In this document: piece after piece, positions 1 to 8,971 of the stretch
Position numbering within the stretch: position 1 is the stretch's first letter
How the letters are laid out: each line of letters opens with the position of its first letter
Source: a virus
Lineage: Duplodnaviria; Caudoviricetes
Length of the DNA: 39,421 nucleotides
Virus record (IMG/VR): IMGVR_UViG_3300014656_001725
Location: 1-39,421 of that record
Strand: one strand, 5' to 3'
The notes under the pieces: generated by a model
Told to the model about the DNA's origin: nothing
What the model saw: the letters and a program-made list of their open reading frames with translations, nothing else
Database searches by the model: none
Translations under genes and position numbers: made by a program

Positions 1-2
1 CC

Positions 3-194
3 CTGGCCGAGAACTTAGATGTTCTTATTCCAGATGGAGCACCTCCTGAGAGGGCAGAAGAAGTAATTAGCTTGCTTCTACACAACAAGAAGAAGTATCA
101 TGAAGTATTAGCTGCTACTCAGGATTATTTCACATGTCACACGTATAGTAATGCTATGCGTTACTTTAACATGGCACTTGAGCATATCTTTTGA
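3..194 (+). CDS. 3' end of a gene cut by the window edge, possibly a GT-B glycosyltransferase C-terminus
   Basis: Manually translated open frame LAENLDVLIPDGAPPERAEEVISLLLHNKKKYHEVLAATQDYFTCHTYSNAMRYFNMALEHIF*; helical pattern and neighbours suggest GT-B. Confidence 0.4.
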   Translation: MAENLDVLIPDGAPPERAEEVISLLLHNKKKYHEVLAATQDYFTCHTYSNAMRYFNMALEHIF

Positions 195-206
195 AAGGAT
201 AAATAA

Positions 207-764
207 ATGAGTCTATCAGACCAAGAATTACATCAGCTAGTTCAAAGATACCAAGCTGAACAACGGGAAGCAGAAGTTATTTGGTTCTACCGTGCAGTTG
301 AAGGGCTCGAACCTACACCACAAGTTATCGTAGAGATTGGAATCAAAGAGGGTGGTAACTTAAAGGTCCTGTCTACCCACCTAGATAAAAACGGAAAGGC
401 TATAGGTATTGACCCTAGACAAGAAATTCCCTGGAATATGAAGGATAGTGATTGTCATGTCTATCATATAGCTAGAAGCTCTCACGAGCAGGAAACAAAG
501 GATAGACTAATAGAAATACTAGATGGGCAAGAAATAGATGTACTTTTTATTGATGGAGACCATTCAACAGAAGGGATGTTACAAGACTATGAAGACTACT
601 CCCCCCTTGTAAGAAAAGGTGGGATAATAGCAGTACACGATATTTATTATCTAGAAGAGGTAAAGGTAGCATGGAGTAAAGTGAAGATTAACAAGAGAGG
701 AAAAGTCTTTGAAAGTCCTTGGAATCAAAGCAGTATTGGTATTGGCTACATAGTAAAGGAATAA
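207..764 (+). CDS. Class I SAM-dependent methyltransferase (Methyltransf_24-like)
   Basis: IVEIGIKEGG motif I, GID, IDVLFIDGDHS, GGIIAVHDI; AAGGA RBS. Confidence 0.9.
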   Translation: MSLSDQELHQLVQRYQAEQREAEVIWFYRAVEGLEPTPQVIVEIGIKEGGNLKVLSTHLDKNGKAIGIDPRQEIPWNMKDSDCHVYHIARSSHEQETKDRLIEILDGQEIDVLFIDGDHSTEGMLQDYEDYSPLVRKGGIIAVHDIYYLEEVKVAWSKVKINKRGKVFESPWNQSSIGIGYIVKE

Positions 765-765
765 A

Positions 766-1392
766 ATGTCAGTATATACAGAGATTTACGAGGCATATAA
801 CCAGTCTCTCAAAGAAGAACTAGAGATAGATTGGTTTGAAGCAATCGAATCTGGACTTGCTGGTGTCTATCCAGATACCTGTAGATTGCTCGTAGAACTC
901 TCAAAATTGCCCCAGGTTAGCCGTATCCTAGAAATAGGTAGTGGACTATCCACTCTCTACTTTGCGGCCGTCTCAGCCAAATATGGGAAGACCTTTCATT
1001 CAGTAGAAGAGAGTCCAGAATGGTTAGATAAAACATGAGAGTTATTGAAGACTTATGAATATTCAGAGAAACTCATTCAGCTATATGAACCCGGTAATCC
1101 TTTCTTTTCTTTTGATATGATCTTTCTTGATAGTCAGAGCAATACTAAAGAACAGTTTTTGGATCTAATTCCCGGGGCAGAGAAAGCATCTTTTATCATA
1201 GTTGACGATACTCAAAACCCTAGATTCTCGGTTCCTGTCCAAGAATGGTTAGCTAAACACAATAGGTTTAATACTTATAATATTGACCTTGTTGGCAGAG
1301 AAGACAGACATCAATTAGTAAATTGTATCGACCCAACCTTCCATTTTACTAATTGGGTTTGGAACTGGCGACCTGATAGAAAGTACTGGTAA
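766..1392 (+). pseudogene. Class I SAM methyltransferase interrupted by an in-frame TGA (1036-1038)
   Basis: ORFs 766-1038 and 1045-1392 share a frame; first half ILEIGSGLST...SVEESPEW, second half FDMIFLDS...FIIVDD, together one MTase fold. Confidence 0.75.
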
Positions 1393-2402
1393 TGAAATTA
1401 TTTGTATCTGCTGGTATTAGAGAAGCAGACTTTGAAAAGGATGCTCACGGAGCCCTAGCTGTTTTGGATTTAGAAACTGGGAAGAAAGAAGTAGTTTATA
1501 AAGTCTTTCCTCATCCATTTGCTCTTCGGTCTGAAAATCCTAGGGGTGGTACGAGAGGATATAGAGGTCTTACCCTAAAGAAGAACAAAGTTATTGTTGC
1601 TAGCAATGATAGTATTAATTTCTATGATAAGGCTCTCAATTATCAAATGAGCATTACTCATCCTTCATTTGGAAATCTACATGGTTTATCACATGGCTGG
1701 GGAGATTGTATTCTAGCTGTCAGTACAGTTAATGATACCTGGTCGGTTATTGACCTCAAGCGGGGTTCTACAAAGATTTATGAGCCTCTAGATAATCCAG
1801 AAGTATATCAGCTCTTATCTCCACTTCTTAAATTGAGAGGGAGAGATAGAAAACCATTTGACTCTACTCATGACTATAGAGAGCGTCATATAGAAGATGT
1901 CCTACATTTCAATACCTTAATCCAAGTAGGATGTAATGTATATGGGATGTTCAATAGTATCCATACAGTTATCCAATTTTATCCGAAACCAAAGATTATC
2001 TGGGCACCTCCTCTGGAATGGAAAGATTTTATTCCTGCCTGGGGGCAAGATAAATATCAGGGTCTTGGTATCAAATCTCCTCATGACCTCATTCCTTGGC
2101 GGGGAAGATTATTGATTAACTCATCTGGAGACCAGAGATTAGTTGCCCTCGATCCTCAAACAGGAGAGCTAGAAACTATATATAATCTCTCTATAAAGAA
2201 CAGAGAGGGATGGACAAGAGGCTTAGATGTAATTGAAGATACAGCTCTAGTTGGAGATGGAGATGGAGGAGTATCTTTTATAGACTTAAGAAAGAGAGCA
2301 CTACTTGAGAGAAGACAAATCTTTGACCCCGTAGAAAATAAAGAATGTGCTATCTACGGAGTAGCTTGTGAAGGTGGATTTCACGATGGAAAGACTAAAT
2401 AA
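1392..2402 (+). CDS. Beta-propeller protein
   Basis: Repeated blade motifs YRGL, LHGL, LHFNTL, PHDL, WTRGL; TAATG coupling to upstream gene. Confidence 0.65.
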   Translation: MKLFVSAGIREADFEKDAHGALAVLDLETGKKEVVYKVFPHPFALRSENPRGGTRGYRGLTLKKNKVIVASNDSINFYDKALNYQMSITHPSFGNLHGLSHGWGDCILAVSTVNDTWSVIDLKRGSTKIYEPLDNPEVYQLLSPLLKLRGRDRKPFDSTHDYRERHIEDVLHFNTLIQVGCNVYGMFNSIHTVIQFYPKPKIIWAPPLEWKDFIPAWGQDKYQGLGIKSPHDLIPWRGRLLINSSGDQRLVALDPQTGELETIYNLSIKNREGWTRGLDVIEDTALVGDGDGGVSFIDLRKRALLERRQIFDPVENKECAIYGVACEGGFHDGKTK

Positions 2403-2413
2403 GGAGAAAACTA

Positions 2414-3298
2414 ATGAATAGTCCTAAAATATTCTATTGTTCTATGACCCAAAATCGTTTAACCGAGACTATTCAGTGTTTAGAGAGAGTACTACCCTAC
2501 GTAGATCATGCAATTATAGTAGATGGTGGAAGTATTGATGATACAATTATTACTCTTCGTAATTGGGAGAAAGAAGAACCTAAGCTCAAATTCTACATAC
2601 ATCCTTGGTCTGATGATTTTTCTAAACAAAGAAATGAATATTTGAGACGTGTTCCTGATTGGACATGGGCGTTAATCAGTGACCCAGATGAACAGTTTGA
2701 GATTAAAACCCTAGAAAATCTAAGGACTTGTATAACAGAAGCAGAAAAGCGTGGAAAAGACATGATAGGTTTTCTTTGTCAGTCTGTTTCTCTACGCGGG
2801 CCGAAGAAGGTCTGGGAAACTCCTCCTCCAAAGTTTGATAACTACTGGAAAAGATTACTCTTTAAGAAGTATCCCGGAATAGAATATGCTGGGAATCCTC
2901 ATGAACATCTAAAGAATCACCCTCATCAGATAATGGACACTAATCTAATTTATAATCACATCAAGCAGGACAATGTTACAGCTCATCGCGGTGCGCGAAA
3001 TATGTGGGTGGGAGGGGCCGGACCAAATTTGGGAAAGGAGAACCCTCACTGGGTAGAATTAAGGAAAATATGTTCTGAGCTTGGCTTCAACGACTGGCAT
3101 TCATTTGATGCCTATATGGTCCGTGGTAATATAGACCCTAGAGTGAAACAATGGATGCGTACCTTCAGACATGTTCAAAGCTTCCAGGGAGTGAGTGGAA
3201 AGACTCATACCGATGGAACTTCCGAAATGAGGGAATTCTGGATTACATACTTTGAAATATATCATCCCGAGGAGAAGGAGCATCCAATTGATGATTAG
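2414..3298 (+). CDS. GT-A (family 2) glycosyltransferase
   Basis: IIVDGGSIDDT, WSDDFSKQRN, WALISDPDE (DxD), PHE; AAGGAG RBS. Confidence 0.9.
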   Translation: MNSPKIFYCSMTQNRLTETIQCLERVLPYVDHAIIVDGGSIDDTIITLRNWEKEEPKLKFYIHPWSDDFSKQRNEYLRRVPDWTWALISDPDEQFEIKTLENLRTCITEAEKRGKDMIGFLCQSVSLRGPKKVWETPPPKFDNYWKRLLFKKYPGIEYAGNPHEHLKNHPHQIMDTNLIYNHIKQDNVTAHRGARNMWVGGAGPNLGKENPHWVELRKICSELGFNDWHSFDAYMVRGNIDPRVKQWMRTFRHVQSFQGVSGKTHTDGTSEMREFWITYFEIYHPEEKEHPIDD

Positions 3299-3307
3299 GA
3301 GAAAACT

Positions 3308-3634
3308 ATGGCTAACTCTGACGGGAATGGTAGAAAATGGCTAATAGGTACTGCTATTACGATAGCAGCTTTACTCATAGGGGCAGGAACTACCTGGGGT
3401 GTTACTAGAGGTAGTGTCTCTACTAATATAGATAATATCTCTCGTAATACTTCTGACATTGATAAGAACGAAAGGGATATTGTTGTATTAAAACAAGGAT
3501 ATACAGAGATTAAGACCCTCACTCAGGGTGTCAAAGATGATGTTGGAGACGTAAAACAAGATGTTAAGGACCTCAAAGGTGAGCTAAAGCAAAATTTGGA
3601 TGAGATAAAGGAACTAGTTCGTCGGAGACACTAA
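3308..3634 (+). CDS. Single-TM coiled-coil membrane protein (holin/XhlA-like)
   Basis: N-terminal hydrophobic helix, heptad repeats VKDDVGDVKQDVKDLKGELK; AGGAG RBS. Confidence 0.5.
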   Translation: MANSDGNGRKWLIGTAITIAALLIGAGTTWGVTRGSVSTNIDNISRNTSDIDKNERDIVVLKQGYTEIKTLTQGVKDDVGDVKQDVKDLKGELKQNLDEIKELVRRRH

Positions 3635-3635
3635 C

Positions 3636-3854
3636 ATGTGGAAGAGTAGAAAATTCAGACTAGCTTTCATTATTGTAGGTTTTATGACAATTGGATTTCT
3701 ATCTACTGCCCTCATTCCAACCCTTAGTGCTGGTTTAATGGCTTTTATTGGAGGACTCAGTACGGTCTATGCAGCCTACGTAGGAAGTAATGTGTGGCAG
3801 AAAAAAGTAGCTCCACAATTCGAGACCCAGGAGAAAGAACTTGACCTGGAGTGA
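3636..3854 (+). CDS. Two-TM holin-like protein
   Basis: KSRKF N-terminus, two hydrophobic helices, YVGSNV..K, charged tail. Confidence 0.55.
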   Translation: MWKSRKFRLAFIIVGFMTIGFLSTALIPTLSAGLMAFIGGLSTVYAAYVGSNVWQKKVAPQFETQEKELDLE

Positions 3855-5046
3855 CAATGAAACTCTGAGGATTGAGAACATTGAAACAATCCTCAATAAT
3901 ATTCAGACTGCACTTAACCAGTTAGTTACTAGGTCTGAAGTCAAATCTCTTATTCTTACTCTTCAACGTCAAATAAATACTTTAGAAACTAATCTAACTC
4001 AGCTCGAACAAACAGGATTAATATCTCAAACTATCTCTAGTCATCTAGTGGACACAAGTGCTCATGTAGACCAGTTAGACTCAAGATATTTCCGCGAGAA
4101 TGAATTCATTAACTCTACTGCTGGAGTAGCTGACGCTGGAAAACCTGTTAAGCTCAATGATTCCGGTATCATAGATGCTACTATGGTAGATTCTTCCCTA
4201 GAAGACCATGGAAGTCTCCTGGGATTAGAAGACAATGATCACCCACACTATTTATTGGTGGCAAATATTGATGATACCCCAGTAGATAGTGAAACAGCAC
4301 AACCAATTTCTTCTAATTGGGCTTTTGACCATATAGCTGCTAGTGACCCACACGCTGGATATCGTTTAGAAAGTGTAGACCATACACACCAATCTACAGG
4401 AGCAGAAGCTGGACAACTGGACCATGGACTAGCTCTTACTGGACTAGATGGGGATGACCATCCACAGTATCTTTTAGCAAATGGGACTAGAACTATGTCA
4501 GGTTCCTTAGATATGGACTCCCAGGACATAGATAATGCAAAAGATATTACTTGTAGTGGAATAGAGTTAGATGGGGGAGGACTTGTAAGATTTGGCGGAA
4601 CTACGAACGCCTATCCGGCGCTAAAAAGAAATGGAACAGACCTTGAGGTAAGACTCGCTGATAACAGTGACTATACCAGTCTAACAGTTAGTGGAATACA
4701 ACTTACAGGACAAATATATGGACCAACTCCTCCTACTTCTACCCCTGCTGGGACTACTCAGGATATAGACTGGAATAATGGTTGTGCCCAGATTTTAGAT
4801 CTAGAGAGTGCTTCAGGAGATGTCACAGTAGCTTTTTCTAATGCTCAAGCATGTGCTACATATATCCTCGAAGTTAGACAAGATAGTGCTGTAGCTAGGG
4901 ATATAGTATGGCCAGGAACAGTCCTTTGGGAGGATTCTACTGCACCTGTAGTCTCCACGACTCTAGATTCTGTAGATACCTTCATTTTTTACTACAACGG
5001 AACCTCGTTTCATGGTAGTGTTCTACAGAACCTTGGAGCGCCATAA
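3841..5046 (+). CDS. Tail fibre/virion fibre-like protein
   Basis: N-terminal coiled coil, His-rich repeats (DHG..L.GL...DHPxY, HTH), beta-rich C-terminal domain IDWNNG...RQD...WP...D.F.FYY; TTG start. Confidence 0.65.
   Translation: MTWSDNETLRIENIETILNNIQTALNQLVTRSEVKSLILTLQRQINTLETNLTQLEQTGLISQTISSHLVDTSAHVDQLDSRYFRENEFINSTAGVADAGKPVKLNDSGIIDATMVDSSLEDHGSLLGLEDNDHPHYLLVANIDDTPVDSETAQPISSNWAFDHIAASDPHAGYRLESVDHTHQSTGAEAGQLDHGLALTGLDGDDHPQYLLANGTRTMSGSLDMDSQDIDNAKDITCSGIELDGGGLVRFGGTTNAYPALKRNGTDLEVRLADNSDYTSLTVSGIQLTGQIYGPTPPTSTPAGTTQDIDWNNGCAQILDLESASGDVTVAFSNAQACATYILEVRQDSAVARDIVWPGTVLWEDSTAPVVSTTLDSVDTFIFYYNGTSFHGSVLQNLGAP
4204..4476 (+). repeat. Imperfect intragenic repeat DHGSLLGLEDNDHPHYLL / DHGLALTGLDGDDHPQYLL
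   Basis: Copies begin at 4204 and 4420, both starting gaccatgga. Confidence 0.8.
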
Positions 5047-5243
5047 TGAGTCTAACTGCTGATGCTCTTGAAGATAGAATTCTTGCTATTGAAGAGGCTA
5101 TTAGTGACCTTCAAGAGGCACTGAATGCACTAGCTACGAAACAACAACTCAAACAGCTAGTACTTCTACGGACTCAAAATCAAAATGCTTTAGAAATTAG
5201 AATAGCGTCTCTAGAGACACAGATAGCTCTTCTACAGAGCTAG
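5046..5243 (+). CDS. Small coiled-coil protein paralogous to the fibre N-terminus
   Basis: Gapless match RI..IE......Q.ALN.L.T....K.L.L.....N.LE with ORF 3841. Confidence 0.7.
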   Translation: MSLTADALEDRILAIEEAISDLQEALNALATKQQLKQLVLLRTQNQNALEIRIASLETQIALLQS

Positions 5244-5267
5244 TATTAACCAAGAAAGTCCTTTATA

Positions 5268-6179
5268 ATGACAGATATAGTGAAATACACTAATCAACTA
5301 AATTTACCTTTGTACATATTTGATTGGCTAGTCAATGATGACTATGACCATTCAATGAACCCTTACGCAATCAGTGCTACAACCCTAATGAAGCCCACCA
5401 GAGCTTCTATATTAACAAAAAGGTATGTGAACCAGCTTCAACAAGATGTAAGCAGTCTGGTGGCTTCTAGGCTAGGTACTGCAATCCATGATTCAATAGA
5501 GAAAATACAGACACCTGGTATAGTTAAGGAAACTAGGGTATCTAGATCAATTTTATTGGGTGAAACCCTGTTTAATATCACAGGGAAACCCGATATTCAG
5601 GTAGATAACTATGATGGTACTTGGACTCTCAGAGATATTAAGACAACCTCTGTGTGGTCCTATGTATACAGAGGTAAGGACGAAGACTACAGACTTCAAC
5701 TATCTATTTATAGATGGCTTCTCTCTGCTAGCAAGCAGATGCGAGATGAAGGGTATATAGATTTCTTCTTCACTGACTGGCAGTCATCTAAGGCAAGACA
5801 AGACCCTCAATATCCACAACAGAGAATCTATCCTGGATACGAAATCAAGCTTCTTCCTCTAGATGTAACAGAGAATTATATTCTTGGTCGTTTAGAAGAG
5901 CTAGAACAGTCTAGAGATGTTCCTGATGATGACTTACCTCTTTGTACAATGGATGAGCTTTGGGCTGATCCAGAAACATTTGCAGTAACTAAGCATAAGG
6001 CTAAGAGAGCTACCAAACTCTGTACCACAGAGGCAGAAGCAAAGGATTACATGAAACAAAGAAAGATAGCTGGTTACATAGAGCGGCGTCCTCCTAAGGT
6101 TAAAAGATGTAAATACTGTGCTGGTTACGAAGTTTGTAGCCAAAGAAAAGCATTTACAGAGCAAGGTCTCCTAACTTAA
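5268..6179 (+). CDS. RecB/Cas4-like PD-(D/E)XK exonuclease
   Basis: GTAIH, ITGKPD, RDIKT, QLSIY, C-terminal C...CKYC.....C. Confidence 0.85.
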   Translation: MTDIVKYTNQLNLPLYIFDWLVNDDYDHSMNPYAISATTLMKPTRASILTKRYVNQLQQDVSSLVASRLGTAIHDSIEKIQTPGIVKETRVSRSILLGETLFNITGKPDIQVDNYDGTWTLRDIKTTSVWSYVYRGKDEDYRLQLSIYRWLLSASKQMRDEGYIDFFFTDWQSSKARQDPQYPQQRIYPGYEIKLLPLDVTENYILGRLEELEQSRDVPDDDLPLCTMDELWADPETFAVTKHKAKRATKLCTTEAEAKDYMKQRKIAGYIERRPPKVKRCKYCAGYEVCSQRKAFTEQGLLT

Positions 6180-6190
6180 GGAAAACAATA

Positions 6191-8644
6191 ATGAAAATTG
6201 AAAATTATGATGAGGTCCGAGAGAGGATTAGTGTATTTCTGCCTGAATATTTAGAGAGCCATGGGATTAAGATTAGTCCCCAGGGAACATTTAGATGCAT
6301 TAACCCCTCGCACGAAGATAAGAATCCCTCCTGTGCTCTTTCAGGTAGCGGTCCAGATGCAGGGAAAGTATTCAATTGTTTTTCATGTGGCTGCAAAGGA
6401 AGTATCTTCCATGCTGTTCACTACTTAGAAAATAAACCTATTGCTGGTATTGGGTTCATTACAGAGAATCTGATGTATCTGGCCAAGAAGTTTGGGGTTG
6501 AAGTAGAAGCAGGTCCTCTTACAGAAGAAGAGATATACGAGCTAGATACCTTCAGAGTCTATGCTAGAGCAGCTGACTATATTACCAACAGCCAAAAAGA
6601 TGAAAGATTCTTTAAGACTATCGAAGAAAGGAAATGGCCTGAGAGTATTTGTAAGGAGTTTGGTATAGGATGTATCTCTAGCTATGTAGACTTTAGAGAG
6701 AATTTTAAACTAGCTGGATTTAGTGCAGGGTTTCTAGATGATGTTGATCTATCTAGAAAGGACATCTTTGGAGAAGATAGACTTGTTTTTACTATCCGAG
6801 ATGAACATGGAAGACCTGTTGGATTTGCGGGGAGAAATCTTTCCTATAACGGAGAGGGATCTAAATACGTAAACCAGAAACATACTGGAGTTAAGTGCAA
6901 TATCTATAAGAAGAGCACTAGACTATATGGTCTGGATAGATTCCTTCGCCTTCGAAAGAGAGCTGACCAGGCTATTTATATCTTTGAAGGGTATTCAGAT
7001 GTAGTCACAGCAGCCTTGCATGGAATTAAGAATTGTGTAGCGCTCGGTGGGTCATCTATTTCCCCGGACCAGATTCAGCTTCTCAAGCAGCATAATCTCT
7101 ATAGCTTAATTCTCTGTCTTGATAGTGACGAAAAGGGTCAAGAGCGAACTCAGGCTATTCTCGATAGTATCCTCATCAACCACAAGGACTTGAATATACG
7201 TATAGTTGTAGCTCCTGATGGATTAGACCCAGATGATTTCATTAAACAAGAAGGGGTTAATAAATTCAAACGGCTGAAGAAACAGTCTGCTTTTGAATGG
7301 AGACTCTCCAGATTCAACGCGGAAGCAGAAGGAGATGAAGTATGTAAGGCTATGATTCCTCTCATAGTAAATGAGGTTTCATATATTGAACAGGAGAAAC
7401 ATTGTAAATCTCTGGCTTTAGCCACTGGAGTCAGCCTAAAAGCTATTCAATCTGATGTAGAGCGCCTCCAGAACGTTAGAGAAGCAGAGAAACAGCGGCA
7501 GAGAGACCTCATTATCGAGAAGATGACTCTTAACCTCAAGAGAAAACCAGAGAACGCAGAAAATGTCCTCTATGATGCAGAGAGGGCTCTATTTGACCTC
7601 GCTAGACAATATGATGAAGATAGCTTTTCCAGTCACTCTTGTCTCTCAGCCTTAGATTCTCAGAAGAGACACGAAGAAAGTAAAGATGGCAGCTTCTCTG
7701 GATTTATTCTTGGAGAAGACCTCAAGGAACTGGAACAAGCTCTCTGTGGGGAATGGAAACAGGATGTATTCCTCTGTTTCGGGGGTCGGGCCAACGTAGG
7801 CAAAACTTCAACCTTAGTTAAAATTGCTTACGAGATTGCTAATCACGAAGAGAATGATGCAGTAGTTATCTATCACTCGATAGATGATACAGTTGCACAA
7901 TTACTTCCTAAGCTCGTTTGTGTTGCTGAAGGAAGTAAATCTCTTCTTCTCAACGAGGTTACTGACCCTAATTATCATATCAAAAGTCGTTCTAATCCTA
8001 GTGAATTACTAGAGAAAAGAGAAATAGGATATACTCAAGTTAGACATTTAATGGAGAAGGAGAGATTAATCCTCAAAGATATTAACGATGGTAGCTCTAT
8101 TGCCTTTGCGGGACAATTAATCAGATATTTCCAGACCAGATATCCCAATAGAAAGATTGTCTATGTCCTCGATAATCTTCATAAATGTACTGATTTCAAG
8201 AATGAACAGGATGAAAGAGTCAGATTCAAAACTATCTCTAGCACCATGAAAGACTTAGCGACAAGGCTTCACGTTTGCATTCTTGCCACCGTTGAGTATA
8301 GAAAAATCAAGAAGGGTGACAGAGCAATCAATGATGATATCTCTGAGACAGGGAAGATTATTTATGACGCAAGTTTAATTACTCATATCTACAACGATGT
8401 TCATGAAAATGGAGACAAGGCTCGTTATTACCATACAGCTATGGTTTCTGGTCGGGAAGAAATGCTTCCTATCTTAGAATTAGAGATGGGTAAGAACAAG
8501 ATCACTTCTTTCAAGAACAAGCTCTATTTGAACTTCTTCCCAGCTTGTTCAGACTTCTCAAGGGCTGACATGGGAATGATTCAGGCTAGAAATAGAGAGA
8601 TTGAGAGTAGAAAAGTTAACGAGAAGGAGGCTTTCTTAGAATGA
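6191..8644 (+). CDS. DnaG-type primase fused to a DnaB-like helicase
   Basis: CHC2 finger (CINPSH...CFSC), GFAGR, KYVN, TOPRIM EGYSDV/LDSD/DPDD, Walker A GRANVGKT, VYVLD. Confidence 0.9.
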   Translation: MKIENYDEVRERISVFLPEYLESHGIKISPQGTFRCINPSHEDKNPSCALSGSGPDAGKVFNCFSCGCKGSIFHAVHYLENKPIAGIGFITENLMYLAKKFGVEVEAGPLTEEEIYELDTFRVYARAADYITNSQKDERFFKTIEERKWPESICKEFGIGCISSYVDFRENFKLAGFSAGFLDDVDLSRKDIFGEDRLVFTIRDEHGRPVGFAGRNLSYNGEGSKYVNQKHTGVKCNIYKKSTRLYGLDRFLRLRKRADQAIYIFEGYSDVVTAALHGIKNCVALGGSSISPDQIQLLKQHNLYSLILCLDSDEKGQERTQAILDSILINHKDLNIRIVVAPDGLDPDDFIKQEGVNKFKRLKKQSAFEWRLSRFNAEAEGDEVCKAMIPLIVNEVSYIEQEKHCKSLALATGVSLKAIQSDVERLQNVREAEKQRQRDLIIEKMTLNLKRKPENAENVLYDAERALFDLARQYDEDSFSSHSCLSALDSQKRHEESKDGSFSGFILGEDLKELEQALCGEWKQDVFLCFGGRANVGKTSTLVKIAYEIANHEENDAVVIYHSIDDTVAQLLPKLVCVAEGSKSLLLNEVTDPNYHIKSRSNPSELLEKREIGYTQVRHLMEKERLILKDINDGSSIAFAGQLIRYFQTRYPNRKIVYVLDNLHKCTDFKNEQDERVRFKTISSTMKDLATRLHVCILATVEYRKIKKGDRAINDDISETGKIIYDASLITHIYNDVHENGDKARYYHTAMVSGREEMLPILELEMGKNKITSFKNKLYLNFFPACSDFSRADMGMIQARNREIESRKVNEKEAFLE

Positions 8645-8889
8645 TGCACTCTCTTGCTGTTTGGGCTGAGATGGAAGAAGATAAAGAAAGTCTTAGAAAA
8701 CTAGGCTTGGACGAAGAAGAGATTGCGGGATATATAGATTTTTTCATAGAGAACTATTTTAGGAGTGTAAATGAAACAGCAGAAGATTTACGACTACGAG
8801 TGCCAGAAGTGCGGACATGTCCAAGAAGTCTGGTTAGACAACGAGTCAGTCAACGAGGATTCTTGTCAGGAATGTGGAGTATCTCCTGA
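8641..8889 (+). CDS. Hypothetical protein
   Basis: ATGA coupling and AAGGAGG RBS; 3' half overlaps the next gene. Confidence 0.5.
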   Translation: MMHSLAVWAEMEEDKESLRKLGLDEEEIAGYIDFFIENYFRSVNETAEDLRLRVPEVRTCPRSLVRQRVSQRGFLSGMWSIS

Positions 8890-8971
8890 TGAAATGAAAA
8901 GAGTTCCTTCTTGGCGGGGGACTAGACATATTTCCTGGAGCACATGGTCTGTTGGTCATGGGAGTGACTAA
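8771..8971 (+). CDS. FmdB-like zinc-ribbon protein
   Basis: IYDYECQKCGH...CQECG; AGGAG RBS. Confidence 0.8.
   Translation: MKQQKIYDYECQKCGHVQEVWLDNESVNEDSCQECGVSPDEMKRVPSWRGTRHISWSTWSVGHGSD

Noticed and set aside
766-1392. Genome-wide TGA reassignment or selenocysteine
   Set aside because: TGA ends many genes in ATGA overlaps, long genes are intact under the standard code, and no SECIS-like hairpin follows
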